Of a stretch of DNA of 64,000 bases, positions 1-10,364 are shown in pieces (positions within the stretch are counted from its first letter, which is position 1; every line of letters starts with the position of its first letter). The notes beneath the pieces were generated by a model. It was not told where the DNA came from. It searched no databases and saw nothing but the letters and a program-made list of their open reading frames with translations. The stretch is taken from the NCBI GenBank assembly GCA_964566255.1, contig CAZMID010000003.1, forward strand, positions 5,145 through 69,144, written 5' to 3'. The DNA is from an uncultured Planctomycetia bacterium. Its GTDB lineage: Bacteria > Omnitrophota > Gorgyraeia > Gorgyraeales > Gorgyraeaceae. The translations under genes and the position numbers were made by a program.

Positions 1-28
1 TGCTTGTTCTTAGACATAGACTAAATCC

Positions 29-57
29 TTGACATAATTAAGCTAATATGTTATTCT
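29..57 (+). promoter_or_regulatory. sigma70-type promoter of rpsT
   Basis: TTGACA (29-34), 17-nt spacer, TATTCT (52-57) with extended TGn; GAGG SD before ATG 92. Confidence 0.7.
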
Positions 58-91
58 TAGGCCTACAATAAAAAGCGAGGAAACAACAATA

Positions 92-364
92 ATGCCAATA
101 TTACATGCAGCTTACAAAAGCATAAAGGTAACCAAAAGAAGAACTGCTAGAAATCTGTCTATAAAATCCCTTCTTAAGACAGAAACAAAAAAATTCCTTG
201 ATCTAATAGCAGAAAAAAAGCTCAATGAAGCCAAAAAACAGCTTGTAAGGCTTACTTCAGAGCTTGATAAGGCGACTTCCAAAGGCATAATCCATAGAAA
301 CACTGCCTCTCGTAAAAAATCTCGCCTTATGAAAAAACTGCATTCTTCATCAAGTAAATCCTAA
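92..364 (+). CDS. rpsT: 30S ribosomal protein S20
   Basis: 90 aa basic protein; LDKATSKGIIHRNTASRKKSRL S20 signature; convergent with holA. Confidence 0.97.
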   Translation: MPILHAAYKSIKVTKRRTARNLSIKSLLKTETKKFLDLIAEKKLNEAKKQLVRLTSELDKATSKGIIHRNTASRKKSRLMKKLHSSSSKS

Positions 365-367
365 TCC

Positions 368-1324
368 CTACGAACACATCTTTACTATCAATCTCTCTAT
401 TACAGGTGCAGGGGAACTTCTTTTTATATCAAGATCTGATTTTAAGATCTCATTTAATAAAGTAAGTAGTTGTCTTTTTTCAAATCTAGATGAATATCTT
501 ACAATCTGATCAAACTTCCTAGGACTTAAAGCAAGATCCCTACGTATATCCATCTTATTTTTAACCCTTAAAAGCTCTTTTACCCTTAAAAACATCCTGG
601 CATTCCAGGATAAAAGCCCTAAGAGTTCGATTTCCTTACGTTTATCTTTTTTTAGAGTTGAAAAAACCTTTAAGGCCTTTTTAACATCTTTCCTTTCTAT
701 GCTGTCTATTAAGTCAAATGCAGTATGTGAAGGGCTTTTGCCTATTGCATCTTCAATATCTTGTTTTGCAACAAAAGTCTTCTTACCTATATATAAAATT
801 ATATTCTCTATATTGCTTGATAAGACTCTTAAATCATTAGGAAGGCTTTCCTTTATTGCGTTAACTGCATCAGAGGATATCTTTTTGCCTGATAAAGATA
901 CTCTTCTACTAATCCACGTTGTAAGACCTGAATCTGTAAGAGGTCTATAATAAACTAACTCAGTATATTTTGAGGCCTCCAATAAAAACTTACCCTTTAT
1001 AGCTGGCGTTGGACTTTCAATAATAAATAAAGAAGTCTTTTTTTGATTATGTAAATAAGAAATAACTGATTCTTTTTCAGCTAGAGGCAAATTATCAGCG
1101 TCTTTTAATACAATAAGACGCCTTTCTGATAAGATAGGTGCAGTATTTAAGGCATCTAGCATTTCCTTAATGGTATTCTTTTTATCTTTTGCATAAAATA
1201 CACTGTAATTAAGGTCTTTTGCTCCTTTTCCTAAAAATCTAGACCTTAATTTTTCAATGGCTTCTTCTTTTAAGAAACCTTCTTCTCCAAGAAAAAGATA
1301 AGTAGATAATTCTTTGGTGGGCAT
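368..1324 (-). CDS. holA: DNA polymerase III subunit delta
   Basis: YLFLGEEGFL N-terminus, FDLIDSI, LKSDLDIK; conserved lptE-holA-rpsT context. Confidence 0.9.
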   Translation of the reverse strand: MPTKELSTYLFLGEEGFLKEEAIEKLRSRFLGKGAKDLNYSVFYAKDKKNTIKEMLDALNTAPILSERRLIVLKDADNLPLAEKESVISYLHNQKKTSLFIIESPTPAIKGKFLLEASKYTELVYYRPLTDSGLTTWISRRVSLSGKKISSDAVNAIKESLPNDLRVLSSNIENIILYIGKKTFVAKQDIEDAIGKSPSHTAFDLIDSIERKDVKKALKVFSTLKKDKRKEIELLGLLSWNARMFLRVKELLRVKNKMDIRRDLALSPRKFDQIVRYSSRFEKRQLLTLLNEILKSDLDIKRSSPAPVIERLIVKMCS

Positions 1325-1335
1325 AATGAAGGATT

Positions 1336-1881
1336 TTACCAGTTTTCAATAATCTTATTTACTATTTCTCTGGCCAGGTCTGAGGCAGCAGAATCTATGG
1401 CTGCAGTCTCTGACTCTTGCAATGAACCTGTAGTAAAATAGGTCGTATCCCCTATGATATTCTCTTCTTTTAATAAATATTCTGAATTTTTAGAATCTTT
1501 TAAACTAACATTACAAACTAAACTAATTTCATATTCAGTAACGTCTTCATCCTGATATCTCAATGGATCTTTCCTGTATTCTATGATTTCTCCTTCGAGT
1601 ATACTATCGGCCCTATTACGAGATTTGAGTTTTAAATGACCATCTAAAAAAATTCTTTCAACAATGGCATCTCTGATATCTACTTCAAGACCAGGCCTAT
1701 ATACCCTATATTTATCTTTAGCACTTACTTCTTTTGCTATATCAATATTATTCTTAAATATATCTATATGAATGCTCTTTATATCGGAAGGAAGCATAGC
1801 CTTAGTTGTATAGCCACAACCAGCTAAAAATAAAAGCACATATACGCACAATAATAGCTGACTATTCTTTCTCAATCTCAC
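1336..1881 (-). CDS. lptE: LPS assembly lipoprotein LptE family
   Basis: lipobox LAGC followed by GY; ADSILEGEI; C-terminal IVNKIIENW; upstream of holA. Confidence 0.8.
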   Translation of the reverse strand: MRLRKNSQLLLCVYVLLFLAGCGYTTKAMLPSDIKSIHIDIFKNNIDIAKEVSAKDKYRVYRPGLEVDIRDAIVERIFLDGHLKLKSRNRADSILEGEIIEYRKDPLRYQDEDVTEYEISLVCNVSLKDSKNSEYLLKEENIIGDTTYFTTGSLQESETAAIDSAASDLAREIVNKIIENW

Positions 1882-2809
1882 TGAGTTTCTCCTTAGCCTT
1901 TTGAGCCCATTCTGTATCAGGATAATTTTGGATTATATCTTCGTAATATATGACTGCACTTTCAAGTACACGTCGTTTCTCATAAAATTCTGCTGTATTA
2001 TACGCGTTCTGAGCCTCTTTATGTTTGAGCTTATCGATAATCTCTTTGGCCTCACCTGAGAGATCACTTTCAGGATGCTTCTTAACAAAATCCTCAAATT
2101 CCTCCCGGGCAACTATAGTAGGAGTCTGGTCATAATCAGCCTTTAAAGAGACCTCCTTTGAGCATCTTGCCAACTGATATCTCGCTTTATCAATAAGTTT
2201 GGAATTCGGATATTTATCTATAAGGTCTTTAAACATCATTATGGCATTATCATAATCGGATATATCTTTATAAGCAAGACCTGCATTAAAAATAGACGTC
2301 TCAGCATATTTTCCATAAGGGGCATTATCAGCAACTGTCTTAAATATCTCTATTGCCTTATCTTTGGCAGAAACTTTCAAAGGACCTAAGACATTGATCT
2401 TTTTTCCTAAGAAAAAGAGCTCTCCTATCTTAAATTCCCTTTCTATTACCTCATCCACAAGTTCTGTGTAAGGGTATAGATCTATTACCTTCTGATAGGT
2501 CTTAAATGCTTCATAATGCCTATCTAGGCTTTCCATTATACGACCTATATAATATTGAGCAGTTGGGGCCTCTTTAGAAAGTGGGTAGTATTTTATTAAC
2601 TTCTTGAACTCCCTGAGAGATGCCTTAAAATTAGATTTCTCATAAAAACCTTTGGCATACAAAAGCTGATCCTCAGGCGTATCCTTAGCAGCATATTTAG
2701 GATTTTCCCACTTGCCGCTTTCGGGAGTCCATACCCAATAGGAAAAAAGAGGCTTTCCTATTAAGCATATACTAGCTATCATTAAGATTATGAGTATGTT
2801 ACGCATCAT
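1862..2809 (-). CDS. bamD: outer membrane protein assembly factor BamD (TPR)
   Basis: signal peptide, TPR repeats with KYPNS/NYPDT turns, YDQTPT motif, AEFYEKR..SAVIYY. Confidence 0.8.
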   Translation of the reverse strand: MMRNILIILMIASICLIGKPLFSYWVWTPESGKWENPKYAAKDTPEDQLLYAKGFYEKSNFKASLREFKKLIKYYPLSKEAPTAQYYIGRIMESLDRHYEAFKTYQKVIDLYPYTELVDEVIEREFKIGELFFLGKKINVLGPLKVSAKDKAIEIFKTVADNAPYGKYAETSIFNAGLAYKDISDYDNAIMMFKDLIDKYPNSKLIDKARYQLARCSKEVSLKADYDQTPTIVAREEFEDFVKKHPESDLSGEAKEIIDKLKHKEAQNAYNTAEFYEKRRVLESAVIYYEDIIQNYPDTEWAQKAKEKLSEIEKE

Positions 2810-2816
2810 GAGTTAA

Positions 2817-2845
2817 ATCTTATCATACCTGTTTAAACCTGTCAA
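2817..2845 (-). promoter_or_regulatory. sigma70-type promoter of bamD-lptE-holA
   Basis: TTGACA (2845-2840), N17, TGn-TAAGAT (2822-2817). Confidence 0.55.
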
Positions 2846-4245
2846 CCAAGATAGAAGTGACCAAATTTTAAAGAGGAAAAGAAATCCGTAAGGTAAAATA
2901 TCGCCTGGATCAAAAGATTGTTAAATAAGACTATCATCCCTCCTAGAAAAGGCACCCATCCTAGCATAAGGAAGCTCAAACCCCCTATCAATAATATAAA
3001 CAACGTAGGTATAATTAAAAGATTGGCAACAATGGCAATAGGGGTAATTATCTTAAAATAGTATAATATTAAAGGGGCTGTTCCTGTAAAAGCTGATATT
3101 GAAACTGCTAAAGGCATATAAAACCATCTTCTGGCATAGAAATTCACATCCTCTCTTATAAGACGCATAAGCCTAGGTGCTATATATATAATAGAAAGTA
3201 CTGCTAAAAAAGAAAGCTGAAATCCTATATTAAAGAGGTCTTTTGGGTTTTTGATTAATATAAAAAGCGCTGCAACCCCTAAAGAGTTATACACATCTAC
3301 CCTCCTTCCTAATAGCATACCAATAAGAAAGATAGAGGCCATAACAACTGCCCTTACAACCGAAGGCCTTGAAAGAGTCAGAAGAGCAAAACCTATCAAA
3401 AATAACATAGTAAATATATAACAAGGAATTCTTGGTATTCTTAAAAATCTTAATAAATAAAGAATAATAAGCGTTATAAAAGCAACATGGAGACCACTTA
3501 TTGCTAAGATATGTATAGTGCCTGAATGCTTAAAAGAAGTCTGGATATCCTTCGAAAGCTCTGAGCGATCACCTAATAAAATAGCTCTTAAAAAGGCACC
3601 ACTAGCAAGTGGCATATTTTCAATGATTTGGTTTTTTAATTTTTCACGTATAAGGTAAATATGCCTTAAGATAGGATTCGATTTATAATCGTTAGATAAA
3701 AGAGTAATATTATCTTCTTTTGTATATATAAGGGCATATATATTTTGCTGCCTTAGATATTCTCTGGATTTTCTTATGGTGCCTTTTACTAATAATTTAT
3801 CTGAATACTTGAAAGGTTTTTCTGTTTGTATGCTGATATTAGCCAATCCTTTAATATTTAACCATTTATTATCAATTTTTATCCCTTCTATCTCAAATAA
3901 ATAACTGGAGGATATCTTTCCAAAATAAGGCCTTCTAGTTAACTCAGGCCCTTTTACAACGCCTACTATTTCTATTTTTAAAGAATCTTCTTTTAAAAAA
4001 TGACTGATATGATTATTAGAATGGATATTACTATTAAGATATAGGAGGCTAGCAAAAAAAGTTACAGATAAAAATAAAAAGATATTCGAACTCCTCTCGT
4101 ATCTAAAAAATACGAAAGAAGCTAAAATAAAAATTGAGGTGGTTATAAAAATATGATGAAATCTAACTATATCTGGAAAGAATTTACCTAAAATTATTCC
4201 TATTATAAAAAATATACTAATTACTGCAAAAGGTCTTTTATCCAC
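2842..4245 (-). CDS. comEC: ComEC/Rec2 competence protein (DUF4131 + Competence domain, no beta-lactamase domain)
   Basis: AILLGDRS, SGTIHILAISGLHV, PSVVRA, GFQLSFLAV motifs. Confidence 0.92.
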   Translation of the reverse strand: MDKRPFAVISIFFIIGIILGKFFPDIVRFHHIFITTSIFILASFVFFRYERSSNIFLFLSVTFFASLLYLNSNIHSNNHISHFLKEDSLKIEIVGVVKGPELTRRPYFGKISSSYLFEIEGIKIDNKWLNIKGLANISIQTEKPFKYSDKLLVKGTIRKSREYLRQQNIYALIYTKEDNITLLSNDYKSNPILRHIYLIREKLKNQIIENMPLASGAFLRAILLGDRSELSKDIQTSFKHSGTIHILAISGLHVAFITLIILYLLRFLRIPRIPCYIFTMLFLIGFALLTLSRPSVVRAVVMASIFLIGMLLGRRVDVYNSLGVAALFILIKNPKDLFNIGFQLSFLAVLSIIYIAPRLMRLIREDVNFYARRWFYMPLAVSISAFTGTAPLILYYFKIITPIAIVANLLIIPTLFILLIGGLSFLMLGWVPFLGGMIVLFNNLLIQAIFYLTDFFSSLKFGHFYLG

Positions 4246-4375
4246 TGATACTTATTAAATCCTTCGCCTTTCTAGAATCAGATATATTATTAGAATAAAC
4301 TAGAAGTATAAAGACCAATCCTATAATAAGAAAGGTAAGAATTGCATACCTTTCAGATTTTGAAAAATATAACAT
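4238..4375 (-). pseudogene. 45-aa single-TM ORF, probable truncated comEA (membrane anchor only)
   Basis: read by hand: MLYFSKSERYAILTFLIIGLVFILLVYSNNISDSRKAKDLISISG*; stop overlaps the comEC GTG; position and ER-hydrophobic pattern resemble the ComEA N-terminus. Confidence 0.45.
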
Positions 4376-4389
4376 AGAATATGCCTAGA

Positions 4390-5031
4390 TTATTCTTTAG
4401 GAGAGGGGTTGGTTTCTTTTAATGCCTTCAGATCTTCTTCAGTTAAAATACTTACAAAATGAGCGGACATCTCTTGTCCCTGCTGATCAAAGACAACACT
4501 GACTGTATCGCCTATTTTTATATCTTTAAAAGCCATTGCAGTAGCTTTTTTTATTATAGGGGTATTTTTAAGATTGATTTTTATCTTTAATATCTCACTA
4601 AAAATTTCGTCCTTTACCTCTATCCACGCTGTCAGATCTTTTCCTGAGTATTTGTTTACTACCTTTCCCATTGAATTGCCTATTATAGGGGTTTGTGGAA
4701 GTACGTTAGAAATAGGCATGGGTACATTAATCGGAAAACTCTGCACATTATGAATAGAAGTTTGAGAACCTGTACTAGTCGACGGTATATTTATAGTACT
4801 GTGCGTAATGGAAGGACTTGCAATATGTGGTGATACAGTCGGAGAAATACCTGACGAGCCAGAAGGTACAACCGGAGGAAGTATGGGCCGGGGTGACTGT
4901 TGCTGAGAAGGGGCCTGATGTTGACTCGGCAGCGTCTGTTGCAACCTTCTATCCTCTGCAGAATAAACTAGAGTAGAATAAAAATAAATAAAACTAAATG
5001 CCAATATTGAATATATCAAATACCTTCTCAT
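4390..5031 (-). CDS. exported hypothetical protein, Pro/Ser/Gln-rich linker and C-terminal OB-like domain
   Basis: signal peptide; low-complexity region; FKDIKIGDTVSV motif. Confidence 0.7.
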   Translation of the reverse strand: MRRYLIYSILAFSFIYFYSTLVYSAEDRRLQQTLPSQHQAPSQQQSPRPILPPVVPSGSSGISPTVSPHIASPSITHSTINIPSTSTGSQTSIHNVQSFPINVPMPISNVLPQTPIIGNSMGKVVNKYSGKDLTAWIEVKDEIFSEILKIKINLKNTPIIKKATAMAFKDIKIGDTVSVVFDQQGQEMSAHFVSILTEEDLKALKETNPSPKE

Positions 5032-5492
5032 TTAGATTCCCCCTTTTCTACATCTTGCTCCTTCTCTTTTTTAACAAGAAGACCTTTTTCATCTGCAATC
5101 TTTACTATCTCTTTAGCAACATATTTTAATATATTCGTGCCGCTTTTTATCACTTTAATAGAAAGCTCTTTATTTTCAGGCGAAAACAATAAAAGTCCCA
5201 TCCTTATCTTTTTAAACGAGAGAACTATCATCTTATGCTTTATTGCCAAGACTTCTGGATATTTCGTGGATTCAAGCTGTGCCACATAAGTATCCATGCG
5301 CTTTACAGCTTCCTGCATAGGCAAATAATTCATCCCTACATTTCTTACTGTGATATCGACGTTTGTAATTATAGAAGAAATTTCTTTAAGATACACTACT
5401 ACTTCATCTTCATTTTTATTTTCCTCTGCCCTTACAAAAACACTAAATATAAGAATTACTGCTGCGATAAAACCAATATTAATTTTCTTCAT
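5028..5492 (-). CDS. exported hypothetical protein
   Basis: signal peptide ending VRA; overlaps both neighbours in operon. Confidence 0.7.
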   Translation of the reverse strand: MKKINIGFIAAVILIFSVFVRAEENKNEDEVVVYLKEISSIITNVDITVRNVGMNYLPMQEAVKRMDTYVAQLESTKYPEVLAIKHKMIVLSFKKIRMGLLLFSPENKELSIKVIKSGTNILKYVAKEIVKIADEKGLLVKKEKEQDVEKGESK

Positions 5493-5835
5493 CTTCTATA
5501 TCCTCAAATCCGGTTACATGATCCCCTGTAAAATAAATCTTCTTCTTCCTTGAAAAATGCCTGAAGTCAAGTGGTGCCCCAGGAAACCATGGTTCATATA
5601 TCCATGCCTCTTTTTTAATATCCATATCGTCGTAACCCATATCTATTACTCTGTCAGGCTCTCCCCATTTTTCAATGACTTCAGCCTTATTCGTACCACG
5701 GACTACCATGGTCTTTGTACTTAAAGGATGAGTTAAGGCATATTTTGCAGAAGGAGTTTTTATATCTGCACAACTTGATAGAGAAGAAACTATTAAAAAA
5801 ACTGCTATAGAAGCTACTAATATTTGTCTAAACAT
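5479..5835 (-). CDS. lipoprotein, SmpA/OmlA (BamE)-like
   Basis: lipobox LSSC; GTNKAEVIEKWGEP and EAWIY motifs; GGGGG SD. Confidence 0.65.
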   Translation of the reverse strand: MFRQILVASIAVFLIVSSLSSCADIKTPSAKYALTHPLSTKTMVVRGTNKAEVIEKWGEPDRVIDMGYDDMDIKKEAWIYEPWFPGAPLDFRHFSRKKKIYFTGDHVTGFEDIEDEEN

Positions 5836-5848
5836 CGTACCACCCCCT

Positions 5849-8296
5849 TTATACTACGAGATTTACGATCTTCCCTTTGACGATGATAAATTTTTTAGGA
5901 CTAACTCCTTTTGTCCAATTATTGATATTAGAATCCTTGAGTACAATTTTCTTGATGGTATCTTCATCCGCAGTTGAAGGAACTTCTATTCGCGCTCTAA
6001 CCTTACCATTTATCTGGATAGGCAGTGTTATCTTATCTTGAGCCAATGCACTCTTATCATATAAAGGCCAGTTTGATTCAAAAACACTTTTTTTGTTTCC
6101 CAATCTCTCCCACATCTCCTCAGCTATATGTGGAACAAATGGAACTAATAATATTATAACTGTCTTTATTGCTTCTTCTAAATCTTTATTTTTTACATCT
6201 TTATTTTCATTCATAAAGGTGTAGATTTCGTTGGTAAGTTCCATTATTGCACTAAGTGCAGTATTAAAATGAAATTCTCCTTCCATATCTTCTGTTACTT
6301 TTTTAATCGTAAGGTGTGTTTTTCGTCTAAGAGAACTATCTTTAGAATCTTTTGATCTAACCAGTCTTAAATAACTATCTAAAAGCCTCCAAACTCTATT
6401 CAAAAATCTCCAAGAACCCTCTACCCCTCTATCATTCCATTCAGCGTCTTTTTCAGGTGGCCCTATAAACAATGTATAAAACCTAACTGTATCTGCTCCA
6501 TATTTATCAATAAGTTTATCAGGACTTACAACATTTCCTTTTGACTTTGACATCTTTTTACCGTCTTTTATAATCATGCCCTGAGTAAAAAGCCTTGCGA
6601 ATGGCTCTTTAAAATTCACATGCCCCATATCATAAAGAACCTTTACAATAAAACGAGAGTACATCAAGTGAAGTATAGCATGCTCTACGCCTCCTATATA
6701 CTGATCCACAGGAAGCCATTTATTAACCACTTCTTTATCAAAGGCTCTTTTTTTATCCCTTGGAGAAAGATACCGTAAAAAATACCAGCTGGAATCCACA
6801 AAGGTATCCATGGTATCTATTTCTCGAGTTGCCTTAGAATTACATTTAGGGCATTTGGCCTCGATAAACTTCTTAACATCTTTTAAGGGAGATTCTCCAT
6901 GAGGTTTGAATTTAACTTTTTCTGGTAAAACTACCGGAAGGTCTTTTTCTTTAACTGGCTGAATACCGCATTTATCGCAATAAATAATAGGTATAGGAGC
7001 GCCCCAATATCTCTGACGAGAAATAAGCCAATCCCTGAGTTTATAATGGACTTTGCGCCTGCCTATATTTTCATGCTCCATGTAACTAGATATCTTTTCT
7101 ATTGCCTCAACACTTGAAATCCCGTTGAACTTTCCGGAATTTACCATGATGCCTTCTTCGATATAGGCCTCTTTCATGGACTTTGCATTAAGAGATGCCT
7201 TAGGATTATCTATTACGACTTCTATAGGTAACTTATATTTCTTTGCAAATTCAAAATCCCTTTCATCATGTGCAGGTACTGCCATAACTGCACCAGTTCC
7301 ATATTCCATCAATACATAATTTGCAATCCAAAGCGGTATCTTTTTATTATTAACGGGATTTATTACATATCTACCGGTAAATATTCCTTCTTTATCGATA
7401 TCTGCTGAAACCCTTTCCAATAAACTTTCTTTTTTGACCTTGGCAATAAATCTTTTTACATCGCTTTCATTCTTGGACCCTTTTATTATCTCCTCTATCA
7501 ATGGGTGCTCTGCTGCCAATACCATATAAGTAGCTCCATAAATAGTATCAACCCTCGTCGTAAAACACTTAAGCACATCACTAGAATCATGCAGTTTAAA
7601 ATCTATTTCAACGCCGTGGCTTTTACCAATCCAATTCTTCTGCATTGTTTTTACACGTTCTGGCCAATCTTTTAAAATATCTAAATCCTTTAAGAGTTTT
7701 TCAGAATAATCAGTAATTTTAAAGAACCACTGTTCTAAATTACGTAGCTCTATCTCAGAAGAACACCTTTCACAACTACCATCTATAACTTGTTCGTTTG
7801 CAAGAACTGTTTGACATGAAGGACACCAATTTACAGACGCCTTCTTTTTATAGGCAAGTCCAGATTTATAAAGCTGTAAGAATATCCACTGCGTCCATTT
7901 GTAATAACTTGTCTCACAAGAAGCGATTTCTCTAGACCAATCATATCCAACACCCCAGGAATCAAGTTGGGCCTTCATTGTCTTAATATTATTCAATGTA
8001 GAAACCTTAGGATGAATATTATCTTTTATTGCTGCGTTTTCAGCTGGAAGGCCAAATGCATCCCATCCCATAGGCGTCAGGAGATTAAATTTCCTCATGA
8101 TTTTATAGCGCGCTACAACATCTCCTATAATATAATTCCTACCATGACCAACATGGAGACTCGAGGATGGATATGGAAACATCATAAGGCAGTAATACTT
8201 TGGCTTTTTAGAATTAAGATCTACTTTAAATAGGCCTTGTCTTTGCCATTTTTTCTGCCATTTTTTTTCAATCTTTTTGAATGGATAATTTTCCAT
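5849..8296 (-). CDS. leuS: leucine--tRNA ligase
   Basis: MFPYPS..LHVGH (HIGH), DWLISRQRYWG, KMSKS. Confidence 0.98.
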   Translation of the reverse strand: MENYPFKKIEKKWQKKWQRQGLFKVDLNSKKPKYYCLMMFPYPSSSLHVGHGRNYIIGDVVARYKIMRKFNLLTPMGWDAFGLPAENAAIKDNIHPKVSTLNNIKTMKAQLDSWGVGYDWSREIASCETSYYKWTQWIFLQLYKSGLAYKKKASVNWCPSCQTVLANEQVIDGSCERCSSEIELRNLEQWFFKITDYSEKLLKDLDILKDWPERVKTMQKNWIGKSHGVEIDFKLHDSSDVLKCFTTRVDTIYGATYMVLAAEHPLIEEIIKGSKNESDVKRFIAKVKKESLLERVSADIDKEGIFTGRYVINPVNNKKIPLWIANYVLMEYGTGAVMAVPAHDERDFEFAKKYKLPIEVVIDNPKASLNAKSMKEAYIEEGIMVNSGKFNGISSVEAIEKISSYMEHENIGRRKVHYKLRDWLISRQRYWGAPIPIIYCDKCGIQPVKEKDLPVVLPEKVKFKPHGESPLKDVKKFIEAKCPKCNSKATREIDTMDTFVDSSWYFLRYLSPRDKKRAFDKEVVNKWLPVDQYIGGVEHAILHLMYSRFIVKVLYDMGHVNFKEPFARLFTQGMIIKDGKKMSKSKGNVVSPDKLIDKYGADTVRFYTLFIGPPEKDAEWNDRGVEGSWRFLNRVWRLLDSYLRLVRSKDSKDSSLRRKTHLTIKKVTEDMEGEFHFNTALSAIMELTNEIYTFMNENKDVKNKDLEEAIKTVIILLVPFVPHIAEEMWERLGNKKSVFESNWPLYDKSALAQDKITLPIQINGKVRARIEVPSTADEDTIKKIVLKDSNINNWTKGVSPKKFIIVKGKIVNLVV

Positions 8297-8304
8297 AAGA
8301 TAAT

Positions 8305-8378
8305 TGGTGGAGCTGACGGGAATCGAACCCGTGATCCGACAATGCCATTGTCGTGTGATCCCGCTTCACTACAGCCCC
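8305..8378 (-). tRNA. tRNA-Ala(GGC)
   Basis: GGGGCTG acceptor stem with G3:U70, anticodon arm CGACA-ATGGCAT-TGTCG, TTCGA T-loop, encoded CCA. Confidence 0.95.
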
Positions 8379-8385
8379 TATCGTC

Positions 8386-8473
8386 TGGTGCCGAAGGTGG
8401 GAGTCGAACCCACACGAGGGGTTACCTCACACGATTTTGAATCGTGCGCGTCAGCCAATTCCGCCACTTCGGC
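8386..8473 (-). tRNA. tRNA-Leu(CAA)
   Basis: GCCGAAG acceptor stem, CACGA-TTCAAAA-TCGTG anticodon arm, long variable arm, CCA end. Confidence 0.96.
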
Positions 8474-8485
8474 AATAGAGTCTAC

Positions 8486-9433
8486 TTATATATCTCCCAT
8501 GGATCTAAATTTCTTGTAACGTTCATCCAATAACTTCTCTATAGGAATTCCTTTAAGATCTTTTAGTGCCTTTTTTATGCATTTTTTTAATGACTGAGCA
8601 GTCTTCTCAGGATCTCTATGTGCCCCACCCAATGGCTCTGGGATTTCACCATCAATAATTTCTAAACTAATCAAATCTTTTGCAGTAAGTTTTAAGACCT
8701 CTGCCGCTAAAGGTGCCTTTAATCTATCCTTCCATAAAATCGCAGCACACCCTTCTGGAGATATTACTGAATAATAGGCATTCTCCATAACATAGACCCT
8801 GTCTCCTATTCCTATTCCAAGCGCTCCACCACTGCCACCTTCTCCTATAACTACTACGACTATTGGAACCTTAAGAGTAACCATCTCCATTAAATTATGG
8901 GCTATGGAATTGGCCTGACCTCTTTCTTCTGCTCCTATTCCAGGATATGCACCAGGTGTATCAATAAAAGCAATAATAGGTACGTTAAATTTTTCTGCGA
9001 GCTTCATGAGTCTCATTGCCTTACGATATCCTTCTGGATGAGCACTTCCAAAATTCCTCATGAGATTTTCTTTGGTGTCTCTTCCTTTTTGATGACCAAT
9101 AACAAGAACCTTCTCGCCGTCTATTTTAGCAAAACCTCCTACAATGGCCTTATCGTCCTGAAACATTCTATCTCCATGAAGATCAATAAAATCCACCATT
9201 ATCATATGTATATAATCTATAGTATAAGGGCGTTTTGGATGCCTTGCGATCTGGACCTTCTGCCATGGCGTAAGAGATTCAAAGATTTCCTTTCTTACCT
9301 TCTCAAGCCTTGCCTCTAAGGTCTTTATCTCTTCTGACAGATCAATACTGCCATCAGATGCAAGAGATTTCAATTCAGCAATCTTGAATTCTAATTCCAA
9401 TATAGGTTTTTCAAAATCTAATCCACTTGCCAT
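8486..9433 (-). CDS. accA: acetyl-CoA carboxylase carboxyltransferase alpha
   Basis: [39 protein letters not shown]. Confidence 0.98.
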   Translation of the reverse strand: MASGLDFEKPILELEFKIAELKSLASDGSIDLSEEIKTLEARLEKVRKEIFESLTPWQKVQIARHPKRPYTIDYIHMIMVDFIDLHGDRMFQDDKAIVGGFAKIDGEKVLVIGHQKGRDTKENLMRNFGSAHPEGYRKAMRLMKLAEKFNVPIIAFIDTPGAYPGIGAEERGQANSIAHNLMEMVTLKVPIVVVVIGEGGSGGALGIGIGDRVYVMENAYYSVISPEGCAAILWKDRLKAPLAAEVLKLTAKDLISLEIIDGEIPEPLGGAHRDPEKTAQSLKKCIKKALKDLKGIPIEKLLDERYKKFRSMGDI

Positions 9434-9437
9434 AAAA

Positions 9438-10364
9438 TTAATCCACTATTGTAACCCTGGTACCGATAGGAATTATTGTGTAGAGTTCTTCTACGTCTTC
9501 ATTAAGCATCCTTATGCATCCTTGAGTACTCTGTTGCCCTAAGCTCTCTGGCTCTGTAGTCCCATGAATGCCATATCCTCTTTCAGATAATCCTAGCCAT
9601 CGTGAACCTAGAATATTTTTGGGGCTTTCTGCTGGTACTATTGCACCTTGAGCGTACCAAACAGGATCTTTAATCCTATTTACTATGTCAAAAGTACCTA
9701 CAGGTGTAGAATTATTTTTGCCTGTTGAGACTTTATATGCCTTTGTAATTGTATCTCCCCCTGAAAGTAGTGTTAAAATATTCTGAGATTTATCTATCAG
9801 TATGTTGTATTTAGCTGTTGAGACCTTGAGTTTTGAATGAGCACGTATTGTATCATCCTTGAGTAAATTGGAACGCTTTATAAGATCAACTGTGGTTCTG
9901 TATTTCTTAGCAATCTTTGAAAGGGTATCTCCTGGCTCAACCTTATAACGAACATCTTTGTCTGTAATAATAGGAGAAAAAAGTATGTCCATGTTGAGTC
10001 TTCCTAATCTTTGTTGTATATCACCTATATTATCCACATTCTGATATTTGGCGAGGATTACTTCGTATGTATCTCTTGCGTTAACAATATTATCCTTTTT
10101 CTCATAAGCCTCTGCCAAACCAAAATAGATCCTCCCTAATATGCTCAGATCAGGATTTATATTTGCAATATCATCTAACGAAGCCCTTGCTTCATCCAAC
10201 TTATCTTTTGAAATCAATTCCCTTACGGATTTCAATTCTGAAAGAGCACTATTATTGTCTCCTTTTTTTGTTCCAAGGGCCATAAAGACTAAAAGTATTA
10301 TCAAGGCTGCAGTAATTCCTACCCCTAATAATTTACTATTCACTGTTACCCCCTTTTTAACCAT
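9438..10364 (-). CDS. L,D-transpeptidase with TPR and LysM domains
   Basis: N-terminal TM; Lys[14 protein letters not shown]; YkuD catalytic motif YGIHGT...STQGCIRM. Confidence 0.9.
   Translation of the reverse strand: MVKKGVTVNSKLLGVGITAALIILLVFMALGTKKGDNNSALSELKSVRELISKDKLDEARASLDDIANINPDLSILGRIYFGLAEAYEKKDNIVNARDTYEVILAKYQNVDNIGDIQQRLGRLNMDILFSPIITDKDVRYKVEPGDTLSKIAKKYRTTVDLIKRSNLLKDDTIRAHSKLKVSTAKYNILIDKSQNILTLLSGGDTITKAYKVSTGKNNSTPVGTFDIVNRIKDPVWYAQGAIVPAESPKNILGSRWLGLSERGYGIHGTTEPESLGQQSTQGCIRMLNEDVEELYTIIPIGTRVTIVD

Noticed and set aside
8305-8378. Atypical D-stem (GTGA/TCAC) of tRNA-Ala
   Set aside because: Fully paired, with G3:U70 and CCA intact; ordinary lineage variation
8305-8473. 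tRNA pair as an integration site for an island or prophage
   Set aside because: Flanked by housekeeping genes; I saw no integrase or duplicated tRNA 3' end
8221-8519. Short ORFs 8221-8415, 8237-8440 and 8304-8519
   Set aside because: They overlap tRNA-Ala, tRNA-Leu and leuS; spurious translations
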